A stretch of DNA of 64,000 bases from Acholeplasmataceae bacterium (GTDB lineage: Bacteria > Bacillota_I > Bacilli_A > Acholeplasmatales > Acholeplasmataceae), in NCBI GenBank assembly GCA_963675245.1, contig OY775910.1, positions 1,088,001 to 1,152,000 of the forward strand. Reading direction: 5' to 3'. A program made the translations under genes and the position numbers. Shown one piece after another: positions 18,404 to 29,000 of the stretch. Under the pieces are notes generated by a model. That model did not search any database, was not told the origin of the DNA, and was given only the letters and a program-made list of their open reading frames with translations. Each line of letters begins with the position of its first letter. Positions within the stretch are counted from its first letter, which is position 1.

Positions 18404-19145
18404 GAAAAATATATTATTTATCGTTGAGGGAGAGAGTGCCGAACCAAAGCTAATAAGAATGATAAACAAGAATTTTGGTTTAGGAGATGAACATAATATA
18501 TATCCATATAAAACTACTATTCACACGTTATATGATGATCTAGTTCTAGATGAGTACTTGCAAGTCAATCTTCTATTAAGTGAAAAAACGACCCATAAAG
18601 GTGATAAAAAAATGCTATCAATGCATTTTATGGCAATATACCTTGTATTCGATTTTGATCCACACCATCCCAAATACAATTTGGAACATTTATTAGAAAT
18701 GGTTTCTTTTTTCAACGATCCACTTGATAAAGGGTTATTATTAATTAATTATCCAATGATTGAAGCGCATAGACATCATAAAATTATGCCTGATTTATCT
18801 TTCCTTGATAGAACTATTACTAAAGATGAGGTTTTAAGATATAAAGAACTTGTTGGTTGCGAATCAGATTATACAGCAATAAATAGATATCATAGGCGAA
18901 TTATAATTGAACAATTAGTGCATCATTTAGTTAAACTTAATTATTTAGTAACAAATGAAAAATCCATACCTGAAATTAAGGAAATGTATAAATTGATTTC
19001 AAATTTAGACTTCATCATAAAACAAGATGAAAACTATTATAATAATAGATTATACGTTTTGAGTACTGTATTTTTTTATTTGATAGATTTGAAACCGAAA
19101 ACCTTTTATGATGAAGTAAAGTCATATGAAACTATATTAATATGA
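18387..19145 (+). CDS. TOPRIM-like partner of ATPase
   Basis: LFIVEGESAE, VFDFD, NYPMIE; overlaps ATPase stop. Confidence 0.6.
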   Translation: MANLTEKNILFIVEGESAEPKLIRMINKNFGLGDEHNIYPYKTTIHTLYDDLVLDEYLQVNLLLSEKTTHKGDKKMLSMHFMAIYLVFDFDPHHPKYNLEHLLEMVSFFNDPLDKGLLLINYPMIEAHRHHKIMPDLSFLDRTITKDEVLRYKELVGCESDYTAINRYHRRIIIEQLVHHLVKLNYLVTNEKSIPEIKEMYKLISNLDFIIKQDENYYNNRLYVLSTVFFYLIDLKPKTFYDEVKSYETILI

Positions 19146-19158
19146 TTAGGAGAAGAAT

Positions 19159-19593
19159 ATGAAAAATAGAGCATTTCAAAAAACCACACAATATGATTTA
19201 TGCTATGGCAAGCGTAGTTATATTATCCCCGAAGAAGTAAAAAAAATAATTGATGAATTTGAAGAAGGTGTACAAATTTTATACCAACAATGGTGGCCTA
19301 AAAGAAAGTATAATTATATTAAAAATAAATTATTTGTATTAAATACAGAATTAGATAATCATGATACAGATCTTCAAAATGTTGAAGACAGAGAAAAATA
19401 TGACAGCTTAAGTGATTTTGAACAAACCATTTTTCTAATTAATGATATATTTGACAAATATAGACCTGCCAATTATGTTCAAATATATTTTCCAGATGAA
19501 AACCAAAAAATTAAGCATACACTTGAAGTGATTAAAACGCTTGTTAATATGAAGTGGTTAGATAGCCTTTTTTGCACATTCGATACTTTATGA
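19159..19593 (+). CDS. Hypothetical protein
   Basis: 144-aa ORF with AGGAG RBS. Confidence 0.6.
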   Translation: MKNRAFQKTTQYDLCYGKRSYIIPEEVKKIIDEFEEGVQILYQQWWPKRKYNYIKNKLFVLNTELDNHDTDLQNVEDREKYDSLSDFEQTIFLINDIFDKYRPANYVQIYFPDENQKIKHTLEVIKTLVNMKWLDSLFCTFDTL

Positions 19594-20081
19594 GTGAACT
19601 AATTAATAAAATAAAGACATTTATTATAAATAAGAAAGAAACAATAATAATAGCCATTTTAATAATAGTATTATTTTTTTCTGTTACGATTATTTATAAT
19701 TTATTAACGAGTTATGACATCTATTCAACATTATATTTTAATGATAGACTAGATGAGAATGATTTAATTATATTTAGAGTTCTAGTTATTTTTTATAGGA
19801 TCATAATATATCTTTTATTGCCTATTATTGCCTATTATTTAAATAAAGTCATTTGCAGAACTTTTCAAACTATGAAGAGTTCTCCGATTTCAAATTTTTA
19901 CTCAATAGAGTATATAATAATACCAATAACAAGAATTTTATACATATTTTTTGCATTTGATATTGTAAGACAACATATGATTTTTGCATCAGTAGATGTA
20001 TATGCACCGCTAGCAGCTTTTATTGTTATTAAAATTTTTAAACAAAAATTTAAAGATCAAAAAAACATTCCTAAATTATAG
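19590..20081 (+). CDS. Hypothetical membrane protein
   Basis: Several TM segments; ATGA overlap with upstream ORF. Confidence 0.55.
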   Translation: MSELINKIKTFIINKKETIIIAILIIVLFFSVTIIYNLLTSYDIYSTLYFNDRLDENDLIIFRVLVIFYRIIIYLLLPIIAYYLNKVICRTFQTMKSSPISNFYSIEYIIIPITRILYIFFAFDIVRQHMIFASVDVYAPLAAFIVIKIFKQKFKDQKNIPKL

Positions 20082-20087
20082 GAATGT

Positions 20088-21527
20088 TTAAAACCTATTT
20101 AATAATCTAATATAAAACTTTACACTGTTGATGACATTTTCATTTGACATACGTTCATCATCAGCGTGCATCCTTGATAAATCATCACTTGAGACATCCA
20201 TTGGAGAGAACTTATAGACCCGATCACTAATCTCATGATAATATCTTGAGTCGGTTGTCGCGACCATCAAATAAGGCGCGACAATCGTGTTTTGAAAGGT
20301 CTCATTAATCGCCTTTTCAACAGCATCATACCCTTCATCCATAAAGGAGACAGGAGAAGGTTCTGAAACTAAAATAGGCGTTACTGTAATATCATCATTG
20401 TTGATGATTTTTTTAATGCGGTTAATGATCACTTCAGATGGTTCATCTGGTCTTAAGCGAATATTAATACCAATCTTCGCTTCATTCGGTAAAACGTTAT
20501 ACGCTTTACTACCTTCAGAAATGGTAAATGCGAGGGTTGTTTTAAACATCGCTTTTAATTGACCACCTGAGAGTTTAGCAATCACATTGACAAGTGGTTT
20601 AAATAACCACATATTCGCGAAAATCATTCGGATAATGAAATTTTTAGAATGTGGTGTGATGTGATCAAACATAGCTCTAACAGGATAAGTCATTTTCATT
20701 TTAAACAGTTTTGATCGATTGAGCTTATTCACTGCATCTGCAAGTACGGTTACAGCCGTTTCTTTAGGTGGTGTGGACGCATGTCCACCTTTCGATCCCG
20801 CTTTAAGTTCTAAGTTTAAGAATCCTTTTTCAGCAATACCAACAGCCGCGACTTTTTCTTTCACACCAGGAAACATATTTGAGACAATCGCGCCACCTTC
20901 ATCTAAGACAAGATAAGGTCTGATGTGTTTTTCTTTAAAGTAGGAGGTGATGGCGATTTGTGATTTACCACCAATTTCTTCATCGCCTCCAAAAGATAAG
21001 TAAATATCTTGTTTGAATATTTTACCTTGAGTGAGCAAATATTCAACTGATTCCATAGCTGCGTTAATCGTTAATTTAGTATCGAGTGTGCCGCGACCAT
21101 ATACGTATGTCTCATCCATTTCAGCACCAAAGGGATCTTTAGTCCAATTGTTGGATACAGGTACGACATCAAAGTGAGACATTAAAACGATTGGGTTATC
21201 TGATGACTCTCCTTTAATCCTAAATAATACACCTGTACCAATTTCTTGATACTCAGCGACTTTATTAATTTCGGGATAATCATTTCTTAAGTGGGCTTTG
21301 AAATCTTTGAAAGCTTGTTGATTGATTTTTGACGAATCATCATATGAAATCGTTGGATATTTGATTTTTTTCACAAAACGTGCCAACACTTTTTTCTCAT
21401 CAATCTTAATATCTTGAATCGCTTCATTTTTAAAGTCGAGTTTAAACATCAAAGTTCTTATGACCAATACAATGATTAAAACAACCAATACCCCAAGAAC
21501 ACCATATAGATAATACATTACATCCAC
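20088..21527 (-). CDS. M20-family metallopeptidase/amidohydrolase with N-terminal membrane anchor
   Basis: SHFDVVP, YGRGTLDTK, GDEE, LDEGG, GGHAS, TDSR, MHADDE. Confidence 0.9.
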   Translation of the reverse strand: MDVMYYLYGVLGVLVVLIIVLVIRTLMFKLDFKNEAIQDIKIDEKKVLARFVKKIKYPTISYDDSSKINQQAFKDFKAHLRNDYPEINKVAEYQEIGTGVLFRIKGESSDNPIVLMSHFDVVPVSNNWTKDPFGAEMDETYVYGRGTLDTKLTINAAMESVEYLLTQGKIFKQDIYLSFGGDEEIGGKSQIAITSYFKEKHIRPYLVLDEGGAIVSNMFPGVKEKVAAVGIAEKGFLNLELKAGSKGGHASTPPKETAVTVLADAVNKLNRSKLFKMKMTYPVRAMFDHITPHSKNFIIRMIFANMWLFKPLVNVIAKLSGGQLKAMFKTTLAFTISEGSKAYNVLPNEAKIGINIRLRPDEPSEVIINRIKKIINNDDITVTPILVSEPSPVSFMDEGYDAVEKAINETFQNTIVAPYLMVATTDSRYYHEISDRVYKFSPMDVSSDDLSRMHADDERMSNENVINSVKFYIRLLNRF

Positions 21528-22171
21528 CCCTTCTTATGGAAGAAGTAAGCTGTTGTAACAGTTATCGCGACACCTACAGGTACCATAATACCAACAAGAC
21601 TACCAGAATCGGGTATAAACGCGAAGAAGACTAGCATAAAGATAAGTGGTATAATCGCGATCTTCCAACGCTTAGAAATAAAGACAACCCCTAACGCACC
21701 AAAGAGTGCGGGTAAGATATTATCAAATGCAGGTTGCAATACAGGTGCCTCTAATACAGGTGTTAAAGGAATGAGTAAGAAGATACCAACTAATATAATT
21801 AAGGTTGTTGTGATTGAAGAGGATGCGACAGCAATCATGGAAATAACTTCAGCTTCTTCAGATCCCTTTTCAATACCTAAAGCTTCTTGTGCATTAATCG
21901 CTGCTGGTACTTTCATACCGGTTAAGTTACCGGTGACAAATGCTAAATATGACGCACTACCGAGCATTGGTGAGAATGTGAAGACTTCAATCGTCGTGAC
22001 TGGCCAGAAGATTAATGCAGTTGCGAGAAAGCCAGTGATAAAATAATTGAATGGTGGCCATACACCTGTAACAATACTAATGGTTAAAGGAAGAGATAAG
22101 AATAAGAAAAGCGCACCTAACATCCAAAGACGACCTTCAATGTGAATTTGATCTTGATATGTTCTATTCAT
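21518..22171 (-). CDS. Conserved membrane protein (partner of DUF5058)
   Basis: YLAFVTGNL..MKVPAA, LPALFGALG; multi-TM. Confidence 0.7.
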   Translation of the reverse strand: MNRTYQDQIHIEGRLWMLGALFLFLSLPLTISIVTGVWPPFNYFITGFLATALIFWPVTTIEVFTFSPMLGSASYLAFVTGNLTGMKVPAAINAQEALGIEKGSEEAEVISMIAVASSSITTTLIILVGIFLLIPLTPVLEAPVLQPAFDNILPALFGALGVVFISKRWKIAIIPLIFMLVFFAFIPDSGSLVGIMVPVGVAITVTTAYFFHKKGWM

Positions 22172-22903
22172 TTATCTCACCCCCCAGGTTGCGAAAACAA
22201 TCGCTAAAGCCATGGATAAGACCATGGATAATGGTAAGGCATAACTCTTCAGCCAGCCTAATTTTTCTTTATTTGATAATAAACCTAAAACTGTCACTAA
22301 TAGAGCAGAAGTAATTAAAACAAGTATCGCTAAGATAGATATATATGAAGCACCACCATCTTCAGGTGTGATTGGTGCAATCACATATCCAACAAATGCC
22401 GAAATCATCCCGAGGAATAACGCATCCATTAAGATATCTTTCCACGCTGAATTCCTTTTTTTGATTTGATCAAATCGCGTGCTAATCTTTTTATAGAAAA
22501 AAGGCACTAACAGAAGAGGTGGAATACAACCTAAAGTCATGACCCATATAGCAGTAACACCCATTTCTAATGTGATGACACCATTAATATCAGCACCAAA
22601 TGCACCTTCAATCACATTGATTGCTGCAGGTAGTTCATATGTGACAGCACCTAATGTACCCAAACGCATACCAGCTATCCAAGGACCAAAGACCTGTGAT
22701 AAAACAACAAGACTAATGAGTATCGCGATAGAAGGAGCAATACTTAACACAGCAGATGACGTTATCGTTTTATTAATATTAGCATTCGAGAAACCTAGTA
22801 CTTTAGCCTGCTTCATCGCTTTTAATAAAGCCACTAAAGATTGTAATAAAACATATAAAAAAATGATTCCTACTAAAGCATAAATCCACCAATAGTCAAA
22901 CAT
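22172..22903 (-). CDS. DUF5058-family membrane protein
   Basis: RLGTLGAVTYELPAA, WVMTLG; multi-TM. Confidence 0.75.
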   Translation of the reverse strand: MFDYWWIYALVGIIFLYVLLQSLVALLKAMKQAKVLGFSNANINKTITSSAVLSIAPSIAILISLVVLSQVFGPWIAGMRLGTLGAVTYELPAAINVIEGAFGADINGVITLEMGVTAIWVMTLGCIPPLLLVPFFYKKISTRFDQIKKRNSAWKDILMDALFLGMISAFVGYVIAPITPEDGGASYISILAILVLITSALLVTVLGLLSNKEKLGWLKSYALPLSMVLSMALAIVFATWGVR

Positions 22904-23198
22904 ATCATCACTCCTTGACTCGTTTTCTTATTATTATACATGAAAGCACACATAATGTGATGATAATCAAGGTTTCATCAATTGTATTAGATGATTAATA
23001 TATATTAAACACCACCATATTTAGATACTTTACAAATAAGAAAACTTACATTGAAATTAAAATCCTTTTATAGTAAAATGTCTATATGGGAAAAAAGCAG
23101 CTATCAAAGACACAACCATGGATTAGGGACATTGAGGTTCTTAATCCATTTTTTATTTCATAAACTTGAAGAAAATTTGACAATTTTGGAGGATTAAT

Positions 23199-26100
23199 AT
23201 GAGAAAAATTAAGTGGTTAATCGTAGTGATGGTGACACTACTCATGGTGAGTTGTGGGGAAACTCCCTTGATTATTCGTATTCATTTTGAAACAAACAAT
23301 GGTACGTCAATTCAAACGATGTATTATCAAGAAAAACAAGAAATTGATTTGCCTGATTATTTGACAAAAGAAGGTTATATTTTTTCAGGTTGGTTTATCG
23401 ATGATGACACTTTTCAAACTGAGTTAACGCAGACAAATATTTTAACGTATCAAAAAGATAGAAACATAACCGTATATGCAAAATGGGAAGAACTTGAATA
23501 TACAATTAATTATCATTTAGAGGATGGAATTGAAAATCCAAATCTTACGACTTTCTATTCTGATACATTAGTTGTTGAACTAGAAAATCCTGAAAAAGAA
23601 GGATACTCTTTTTATGGTTGGTATGATAATCCTGAATGTGATGGATATATCACGACACAAATCGTTTTAGGTGAAGAAACAGTCATTGACCTATATCCAA
23701 AATGGGAGATTAATTTTTATTCAATTAATCTTAATACCAATGGTGGAGAAGGTGTACAAAAAATTAGACAAGCCTATCTGTTAGTGGTCAATAGACCAAC
23801 TGATCCAATAAGAGAAGGCTATACCTTTGATACATGGTATGAAGATGAAGCACTTACGGTACCATATATATTTGATGTGATGCAGGCAGAAAGTACAACC
23901 ATATATGCAGGATGGATTGTCAATCAATATACGATATTATTTGAAACCAATGGTTCAACAGAAATAGAAGCTTATGAATGTGAGTATGACCATACGATTG
24001 ATTTACCTGAAGAGCCATTAAGGGAAGGTTATTCGTTTGCTGGGTGGTTTCTTGATCGATCATTTTCAAGACCATTCACATATCAAACAATGCCAGCAAG
24101 AAATTTGATGTTGTATGCGAAATGGGTTATCAATCAATACACGATAAACTTCATTAGTAATGAAGGATCTGAGGTATTGGATATCATCGGAAACTATCAT
24201 AGTTATATCGTAGCACCAACTGATCCTGAAAGAGTAGGTTACACATTTGATGGCTGGTATAGTGATGAATCACTTCTAAATCCATATATCTTTGATGTGA
24301 TGCCAGCTAATGATTTAACACTTTATGCAAAGTGGACGGCTAATTCATATACAATAACATTTGATACTGAAGGCGGAACTCCTATCGTATCAATTACTCA
24401 AGATGTTGATACAACCATTAATGAACCTGATCAACCAACAAAATCCGGTTATACATTTAACGGTTGGTATCTTGATTTAAACGATATAAATGTTTTCACA
24501 TTTGATAAAATGCCAGCAGAAAATCTAACACTATATGCGAAATGGGTAGTAGCACAATATACGGTTTCATATGTAAATGAAAATAATGAAATACGAATAC
24601 TTATAACAGCTGATTATGGTAGTACCATTAACACACCAGACGATCCGGAAAGATTGGGTTATTCATTCGTTGGATGGTGGACTGATGAGACGTTATCCAA
24701 TCCATATACATTTGATATCATGCCAGCTGAAGATGTCATGATATATGCTAGTTGGCAAGTTAAACAGTATACAGTAACTTTCATGGATGGGTATGAAGTC
24801 ATAGCAACCATCACTCAAGATTATGGATCAACTATTAATCAACCTATTCATCCGGTTAAGCCAGGATATCAATTTGAAGGATGGGTGGACAAAGATAATC
24901 AATTATTTGTATTTGGTGTCTTAGAACAAGATGAAACAGTATATACAACGTGGTCATACGAAACATATCATCTTACATATGATTTAGATGGTGGATCGAA
25001 CAATTTAAATCCAACCAGTTACACAATTCTCGATGAAGATATCACATTGTTAGACCCTGTTAAAGATGGTTATCTTTTCGATGGATGGTATTTTGATGAA
25101 TCATTTAATGGTATGCCGATAACTACCATTTCAGTACATACATTATCAGATCTTCAACTGTACGCAAAATGGCGTGGTGGTGCATTTGAATTAACCTATT
25201 ATATCGTAAATGATGATACAGAAGCAGTCAATGATATCTTCTTATATCCTAATGAGCAAATCATTAATGTCTCTCACGGTTTTATGCATACGATTGTACT
25301 AACAAGCAAAGGTCGTATTTTCTCTTTTGGTACCAATGATTATGGACAACTTGGCGATGGTACATATGACTATCATGAGATTCCAATTGATATAACAAAT
25401 CAGTTTTCACTATTAGAAAATGAGTATATTAGTCGAGTAACATCAGGTTTAAATTTCTCGATGGTTTTAACAAATCTAGGACGTGTCTTTTCATGGGGTG
25501 AAAACAGTAATGGCCAATTAGGTACTGGTGATATGGTGAATGTCTTATCGCCATTGGATATCACATCTGCTTTCAATTTAGATGATGGTGATTATATTAC
25601 AGATATAACACTTGGTGCTTTTCATGGGATGGTCATCACCAATCATCATCATGTACTCACGTGGGGTATGAATTTCTATGGTCAATTAGGCAATGGTACC
25701 ATGAATGATCAATTAACACCACTGGATATCACTTCTCATTTCGCATTGAATGAAAATGAGACCATTGATCAAGTGTCTGTTGGATACTTACATTCAGCAG
25801 CGATTACAAGTGACAATAGATTATTTATATGGGGAGATAATGAATTTGGTCAACTAGGCAACAATACTTTAGATAATCAGGTAATACCACTTGATATTTC
25901 AACTGCTTTCACACTACAAGCTAGTGAATCAATTCTCGATATCATATTAGGTGGTGGTAATTCATCTGTTCTTACAAGCTTAGGAACCGTGTATATGTGG
26001 GGATTAAATGAAAATGGCCAATTAGGTACGAATGATACGATGAATCAACTCGCACCTATTAATATCACGTCAACTTTTGGTCTCAATGAAAATGAAATAA

Positions 26101-26597
26101 TTACACACGTTTCCTTAGGTTATGCACATTCATCCGCTTTATCAAGTGAAGGTAGATTATTCATGTGGGGTGATAATAGTTTTGGTCAATTAGGTAATGG
26201 TGACTTTTCACAAAGTTTAGTACCAATAGATATTACGACACAGTTTGTACTATCAGAGAATGATGTCATTGAACAAACAATATCACAATTCTATTTCTCG
26301 ACTGTCATCACGAGTTCTGAACAAATATATGCATGGGGATTAAACCAGTTTGGTTTCACCGGAACAGTTTCTAATGACATGATTGTGATCGTTCCATCAC
26401 CATTTAATAGTCAAGCACTTATTCGATCATTAGTTCGTTACTACGACAGCGGTGAAACAATTAATAACTATATACCTACCTTAGAAGGTTACACTTTCAT
26501 CGGTTGGTATTTAGATAATCAATTAACGATACCTTTTGACATAACGATTATGCCAGATCATGATGTCGTTGCTTATGGTGGTTATATCCCGAATTAA
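23199..26597 (+). CDS. Lipoprotein with multiple InlB B-repeats and an RCC1-like beta-propeller
   Basis: MVSC lipobox; about 9 repeats of P.R/KEGY.F.GWY...LYAKW; RCC1 repeats WG.N..GQLG. Confidence 0.9.
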   Translation: MRKIKWLIVVMVTLLMVSCGETPLIIRIHFETNNGTSIQTMYYQEKQEIDLPDYLTKEGYIFSGWFIDDDTFQTELTQTNILTYQKDRNITVYAKWEELEYTINYHLEDGIENPNLTTFYSDTLVVELENPEKEGYSFYGWYDNPECDGYITTQIVLGEETVIDLYPKWEINFYSINLNTNGGEGVQKIRQAYLLVVNRPTDPIREGYTFDTWYEDEALTVPYIFDVMQAESTTIYAGWIVNQYTILFETNGSTEIEAYECEYDHTIDLPEEPLREGYSFAGWFLDRSFSRPFTYQTMPARNLMLYAKWVINQYTINFISNEGSEVLDIIGNYHSYIVAPTDPERVGYTFDGWYSDESLLNPYIFDVMPANDLTLYAKWTANSYTITFDTEGGTPIVSITQDVDTTINEPDQPTKSGYTFNGWYLDLNDINVFTFDKMPAENLTLYAKWVVAQYTVSYVNENNEIRILITADYGSTINTPDDPERLGYSFVGWWTDETLSNPYTFDIMPAEDVMIYASWQVKQYTVTFMDGYEVIATITQDYGSTINQPIHPVKPGYQFEGWVDKDNQLFVFGVLEQDETVYTTWSYETYHLTYDLDGGSNNLNPTSYTILDEDITLLDPVKDGYLFDGWYFDESFNGMPITTISVHTLSDLQLYAKWRGGAFELTYYIVNDDTEAVNDIFLYPNEQIINVSHGFMHTIVLTSKGRIFSFGTNDYGQLGDGTYDYHEIPIDITNQFSLLENEYISRVTSGLNFSMVLTNLGRVFSWGENSNGQLGTGDMVNVLSPLDITSAFNLDDGDYITDITLGAFHGMVITNHHHVLTWGMNFYGQLGNGTMNDQLTPLDITSHFALNENETIDQVSVGYLHSAAITSDNRLFIWGDNEFGQLGNNTLDNQVIPLDISTAFTLQASESILDIILGGGNSSVLTSLGTVYMWGLNENGQLGTNDTMNQLAPINITSTFGLNENEIITHVSLGYAHSSALSSEGRLFMWGDNSFGQLGNGDFSQSLVPIDITTQFVLSENDVIEQTISQFYFSTVITSSEQIYAWGLNQFGFTGTVSNDMIVIVPSPFNSQALIRSLVRYYDSGETINNYIPTLEGYTFIGWYLDNQLTIPFDITIMPDHDVVAYGGYIPN

Positions 26598-26615
26598 TTA
26601 ACAAATCATTTATTG

Positions 26616-26655
26616 AAAGATGTTGGTCTTATGTTTGATAAGCCAACATCTTTTT
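26616..26655 (+). terminator. Intrinsic terminator
   Basis: AAAGATGTTGG...CCAACATCTTTTT. Confidence 0.75.
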
Positions 26656-26744
26656 ATTTGTCACTAATTATCACTATAGAAACACGCGACTCATGATAGA
26701 ATGATGGTAACTAGATTTAATCAACATGTGTAAGGAGATCAATC

Positions 26745-28883
26745 ATGAAATCACGTTATGTTAAAATATGTTTTCTTTTCATTATGATATCGATAATAAC
26801 TACCATGTTATATGCGTGTACTCGTCCTATCACTTTTCAAGTCGATGGTATTTCTTCAATCGCTGTCTCTCATCAAGGATCTTTTTATGTAAATGTCAAT
26901 GATGAGCCACAAGAAACATTTTTAAAGGGTGTTAATTTAGGCGCGACTATTCCTGGATATTTTCCGGGTCATTTAGCCATTTCAAAAGAGACATACCTTC
27001 GTTGGTTTGATCAAATTTATGATATGAACGCGAATGTTATTCGCGTTTATACCACCATGAGACCTATCTTTTATGAAGCACTTCATGAATTTAATGAAGG
27101 AAAGGAACAACCCCTATATGTCTTACAAGGTGTTTGGATTAATGAAGACTATATCAAAAATCTAAATGATGCATACGCAGAAGATGGACAAATTATCGAA
27201 GCGTTTATCTCAGACACGAAAGATTTAATTGATATTTTTCATGGAGATAAAATATTACCTGTAAGACCAGGATTCGCATCTGGTACCTATACAGCAGATA
27301 TTAGTGACTATGTTATCGGTTGGATCTTAGGCTTAGAATGGGGTCCTGATTTTGTCATAGGTACAAACGAAAACAACGCAGGTATGGCACAATTTTCTGG
27401 TGACTATTTATATACAAAAAGAGCAACACCATTTGAAATTTTCTTAGCAGAAGTAGGTGACACTATTCTTCAATATGAAGCCGAAACCTATCAAATGACA
27501 AGACCATTAAGTCTCACCAATTGGTTAACGACTGATATGTTAACACATTCGAATGAACCAGATGAAGATGAAGATAAAGTATCAGTCAACACAGAACACA
27601 TCAAAACGAAGAACACTGCATTTGCTGGCATGTTTGCAAGCTATCATGTGTACCCATATTATCCAGAGTTCATGAACTATGAACCAGAATACTTAGATTG
27701 GATTGATCCTAAAACAGGATCACCCAATCCCTACAAAGCGTATATCAATGATTTAATTGATGCGCATGATATGCCTGTGCTTATTGCTGAATTTGGATTA
27801 CCTTCTTCTAGAGGCGTGACCCACTTAAATCCAGATGGATACAATCAAGGTGGTTTTACAGAAGAAGAACAGGCAGATAGACTCATGTCTTTATTAACAT
27901 CAATTCATGAAACAGACGCGATGGGTGCACTGATCTTCTCATGGCAAGATGAATGGTTTAAACGTACGTGGAATACGATGGACTTTGATCTAGCGTGGCG
28001 AAGACCATACTGGTCTAATGTTGAGACGAATGAACAGTTCTTTGGCTTACTCGCGATGGATCCTGATGCACCAGAAAACATGCATCATGTGGATGGTAAT
28101 TTATCTGATTGGGAAAATATTGATCCCATTAGCGAGACTGATCAACAACAATTATATGTTGATAGTGATGAGAGATATCTTTATATCACATTAAAAGATG
28201 ATGCAATCGATTGGTCCAATCAAACTGTTTATATTCCAATTGACACGATTCCTAATCAAGGAAACAACCATGCCACATCAGAACAACTCACTTATACGAT
28301 CAATGCTGATTTCATGATTATAATCGATGGTGTACATGATAGTCGTATCATGGTTGATGCGTATTATGACGCCACCAACTACTTATATGCAAATGTCTTA
28401 GATATGATCACTGATGCGTTTCATAACATAGCGATCAATTCTGGTATTTACACACCAATTCATCATGTGTTAAATGCTGAATTTACACTACCAGAAACAC
28501 AGAACATCATTCCTTTTAATCAGTATGAAGCTGGTTTGTTAACATATGGTAATTCTCATCCATTAAGTCATGATTATGATTCACTAGCAGACTTTTATTT
28601 TGGTGATTCATTTGTTGAGATTAGAATCCCATGGTTATTACTCAATGTCATGGATCCAAGTACCAAACAAATCATATCTGATTTTCACACATTAAATGAA
28701 GATGTGTTCGTGCCAATGACAGCGACCGGTTTTTATTTTGAAGCACTGATTAAAACCAATCAAGAAACCATCACAATGCCAGTTGGTATGTATGATTGGG
28801 ATGAATGGCATGAAGTCATGTATTATGAAAGATTAAAACAAGCTTATTATGACGTTCAAGAAGCATTCTTATATATGAATTAA
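26745..28883 (+). CDS. Lipoprotein, clan GH-A-like glycoside hydrolase
   Basis: LYAC lipobox; LKGVNLG, NVIRVYT, GWILGLEW, IAEFG, FSWQDEWFK. Confidence 0.7.
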   Translation: MKSRYVKICFLFIMISIITTMLYACTRPITFQVDGISSIAVSHQGSFYVNVNDEPQETFLKGVNLGATIPGYFPGHLAISKETYLRWFDQIYDMNANVIRVYTTMRPIFYEALHEFNEGKEQPLYVLQGVWINEDYIKNLNDAYAEDGQIIEAFISDTKDLIDIFHGDKILPVRPGFASGTYTADISDYVIGWILGLEWGPDFVIGTNENNAGMAQFSGDYLYTKRATPFEIFLAEVGDTILQYEAETYQMTRPLSLTNWLTTDMLTHSNEPDEDEDKVSVNTEHIKTKNTAFAGMFASYHVYPYYPEFMNYEPEYLDWIDPKTGSPNPYKAYINDLIDAHDMPVLIAEFGLPSSRGVTHLNPDGYNQGGFTEEEQADRLMSLLTSIHETDAMGALIFSWQDEWFKRTWNTMDFDLAWRRPYWSNVETNEQFFGLLAMDPDAPENMHHVDGNLSDWENIDPISETDQQQLYVDSDERYLYITLKDDAIDWSNQTVYIPIDTIPNQGNNHATSEQLTYTINADFMIIIDGVHDSRIMVDAYYDATNYLYANVLDMITDAFHNIAINSGIYTPIHHVLNAEFTLPETQNIIPFNQYEAGLLTYGNSHPLSHDYDSLADFYFGDSFVEIRIPWLLLNVMDPSTKQIISDFHTLNEDVFVPMTATGFYFEALIKTNQETITMPVGMYDWDEWHEVMYYERLKQAYYDVQEAFLYMN

Positions 28884-29000
28884 CACACTAAAAACATCAC
28901 AAATCAACTTGTGGTGTTTTCTTTTAAGTATTCTACACAAACATATATCTATGATATAATGACAGTAAGAAATGTCTTTGTAATAGGGAAGAGGTGTTTC

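Noticed and set aside
7905..26597. Diversity-generating retroelement acting on the repeat-rich surface proteins
   Set aside because: No reverse transcriptase; the duplicated segment shows no adenine-specific differences
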